From positions 7,399 through 71,398 of the forward strand of contig CAZACP010000004.1 of NCBI GenBank assembly GCA_964483665.1: DNA of 64,000 nt. The letters run 5' to 3'. A model generated the notes under the pieces. It was not told where the DNA came from, did not search any database, and saw only the letters and a list, made by a program, of their open reading frames with translations. The position numbers and the translations under genes are program-made. Below, piece after piece: positions 63,156-64,000 of this stretch (positions are counted from its first letter, which is position 1; each line of letters opens with the position of its first letter). This stretch comes from an uncultured Candidatus Saccharibacteria bacterium (lineage in GTDB: Bacteria; Patescibacteriota; Doudnabacteria; UBA920).

Positions 63156-63662
63156 CTACTTGCGCATCTTGGCAAGGGCTTCCTTGCTCTTCATTTTGGT
63201 AAAAGCTTCGAAAACCGCCTTAATATTATTTACTTTGTTATTGCTGCCAAGCATTTTTGAAACAACATTTTTAACTCCGGCTAGTTCAAAAACCTGGCGA
63301 ACCGCGCCGCCGGCAATAACACCGGTACCTGGCCTTGCGGGCTTTAGCATTAATTTGGACGATTTATATTTAACATTAATTTCATGCGGTATGGTTTGGT
63401 TTACCAATGGCAAAGTAATCATATTCTTTTTTGCGGCGTTTACTGCTTTGTTTACGCTTTCGGAGACATCTGCGCCTTTTCTTAAGCCCATACCCACTTT
63501 GCCTTTATGGTCACCAATAACTACGAGTGCGCGAAAACGCATTCTTTTTCCGCCGGCCACAACACGAGTAACACGCTTAACCTCTACGGTCTTTTGGTCA
63601 AACTCGCGGGGTTCTCGTTCCTGCCCGTCTCTGGATGTTTTTCGTCTTTTTTCAAATGCCAT
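63156..63662 (-). CDS. rpsE: 30S ribosomal protein S5
   Basis: RVTRVVAGGKRMRFRALVVIGDHKGKVGMG. Confidence 0.9.
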   Translation of the reverse strand: MAFEKRRKTSRDGQEREPREFDQKTVEVKRVTRVVAGGKRMRFRALVVIGDHKGKVGMGLRKGADVSESVNKAVNAAKKNMITLPLVNQTIPHEINVKYKSSKLMLKPARPGTGVIAGGAVRQVFELAGVKNVVSKMLGSNNKVNNIKAVFEAFTKMKSKEALAKMRK

Positions 63663-63684
63663 AAGTGTAAATATAATTAATAAC

Positions 63685-64000
63685 TTAAAACTTTAATCCG
63701 CCTTCTCTTGCACCCTCAGCCAAGGCTTTTACCCTGCCATGATAAGCAAATCCGCCTCTGTCAAAAACACAAGTTGAAATTTTCTTTGCTAAAGCTTTCT
63801 CAGCTAAAAGTTTTCCCACTTCCTTTGAAACATCTGTCTTTTTTGCTTTAGACCCGGCCTTGCCCGTAATATCTTTTGTGGAAGCAAAAACCAAAGTTTT
63901 ACCGGAAGAGTCGTCTATTAGCTGGGCATAAATACCCGCAAGGCTTCTATATACGCTTAAGCGAGGGCGGTCTGATGTGCCTGAAATTTTAGCCCTTACT
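63685..64000 (-). CDS. rplR: 50S ribosomal protein L18 (partial; 5' end beyond window)
   Basis: The frame stays open to the window end, reading ...[31 protein letters not shown]...[27 protein letters not shown]. Confidence 0.85.
   Translation of the reverse strand, partial: VRAKISGTSDRPRLSVYRSLAGIYAQLIDDSSGKTLVFASTKDITGKAGSKAKKTDVSKEVGKLLAEKALAKKISTCVFDRGGFAYHGRVKALAEGAREGGLKF

Overview
The window looks like a slice of a small, AT-rich, streamlined bacterial genome, and about 90% of it is coding. I infer, from sequence alone, that it is CPR/Patescibacteria-like. The grounds are that ribosomal protein L30 is missing between rpsE and rplO, rplJ-rplL is not followed by rpoBC, there are many small membrane ORFs, and GxxExxY and small GIY-YIG genes are present.

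Core genes I can support (only those I list here are on the plus strand; all the rest are on the minus strand, and some gene symbols are by homology):
- Partial dus, then rplJ-rplL.
- An ECF sigma factor module on the plus strand.
- tRNA-Gln(UUG) on the plus strand.
- A metallophosphoesterase, a NUDIX hydrolase and an EamA transporter, all on the plus strand.
- Adenosine deaminase.
- The dcw cluster mraZ-rsmH-ftsL-ftsI.
- A two-component system (response regulator plus histidine kinase).
- dinB, mreB, rnhA, recJ.
- A glycolysis and pentose-phosphate block: gpmI, ubiB-like kinase, pgk, gap, pfkB-family kinase, split tkt, rpe, rpiB, tpiA, galT-like.
- ruvX, htrA, dnaX.
- A TraD/VirD4-like membrane ATPase.
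- secY-rplO-rpsE and partial rplR.

I found no rRNA, no CRISPR array and no recognisable transposase or integrase.

The most unusual feature is a dense population of at least ten families of short palindromic or tandem repeat elements. Several of them are inserted in frame inside conserved housekeeping genes (dus, rsmH, dinB, rnhA, recJ, dnaX), in the manner of Rickettsia palindromic elements. Others flank individual accessory genes like cassette ends: the two GxxExxY genes, two GIY-YIG genes, a DUF559 gene and the EamA transporter.

Other notable items:
- A consensus sigma70 promoter followed by three GTGGG direct repeats at 10-bp spacing upstream of mraZ (an MraZ operator).
- A tRNA-Gln-adjacent accessory island with a tightly coupled cluster of one soluble and four small membrane ORFs of unknown function.
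- Six GC-rich orphan ORFs in an otherwise roughly 35-40% GC background.
- A twice-occurring structured element with compensatory stem changes.
- A gene frameshifted at a homopolymer.
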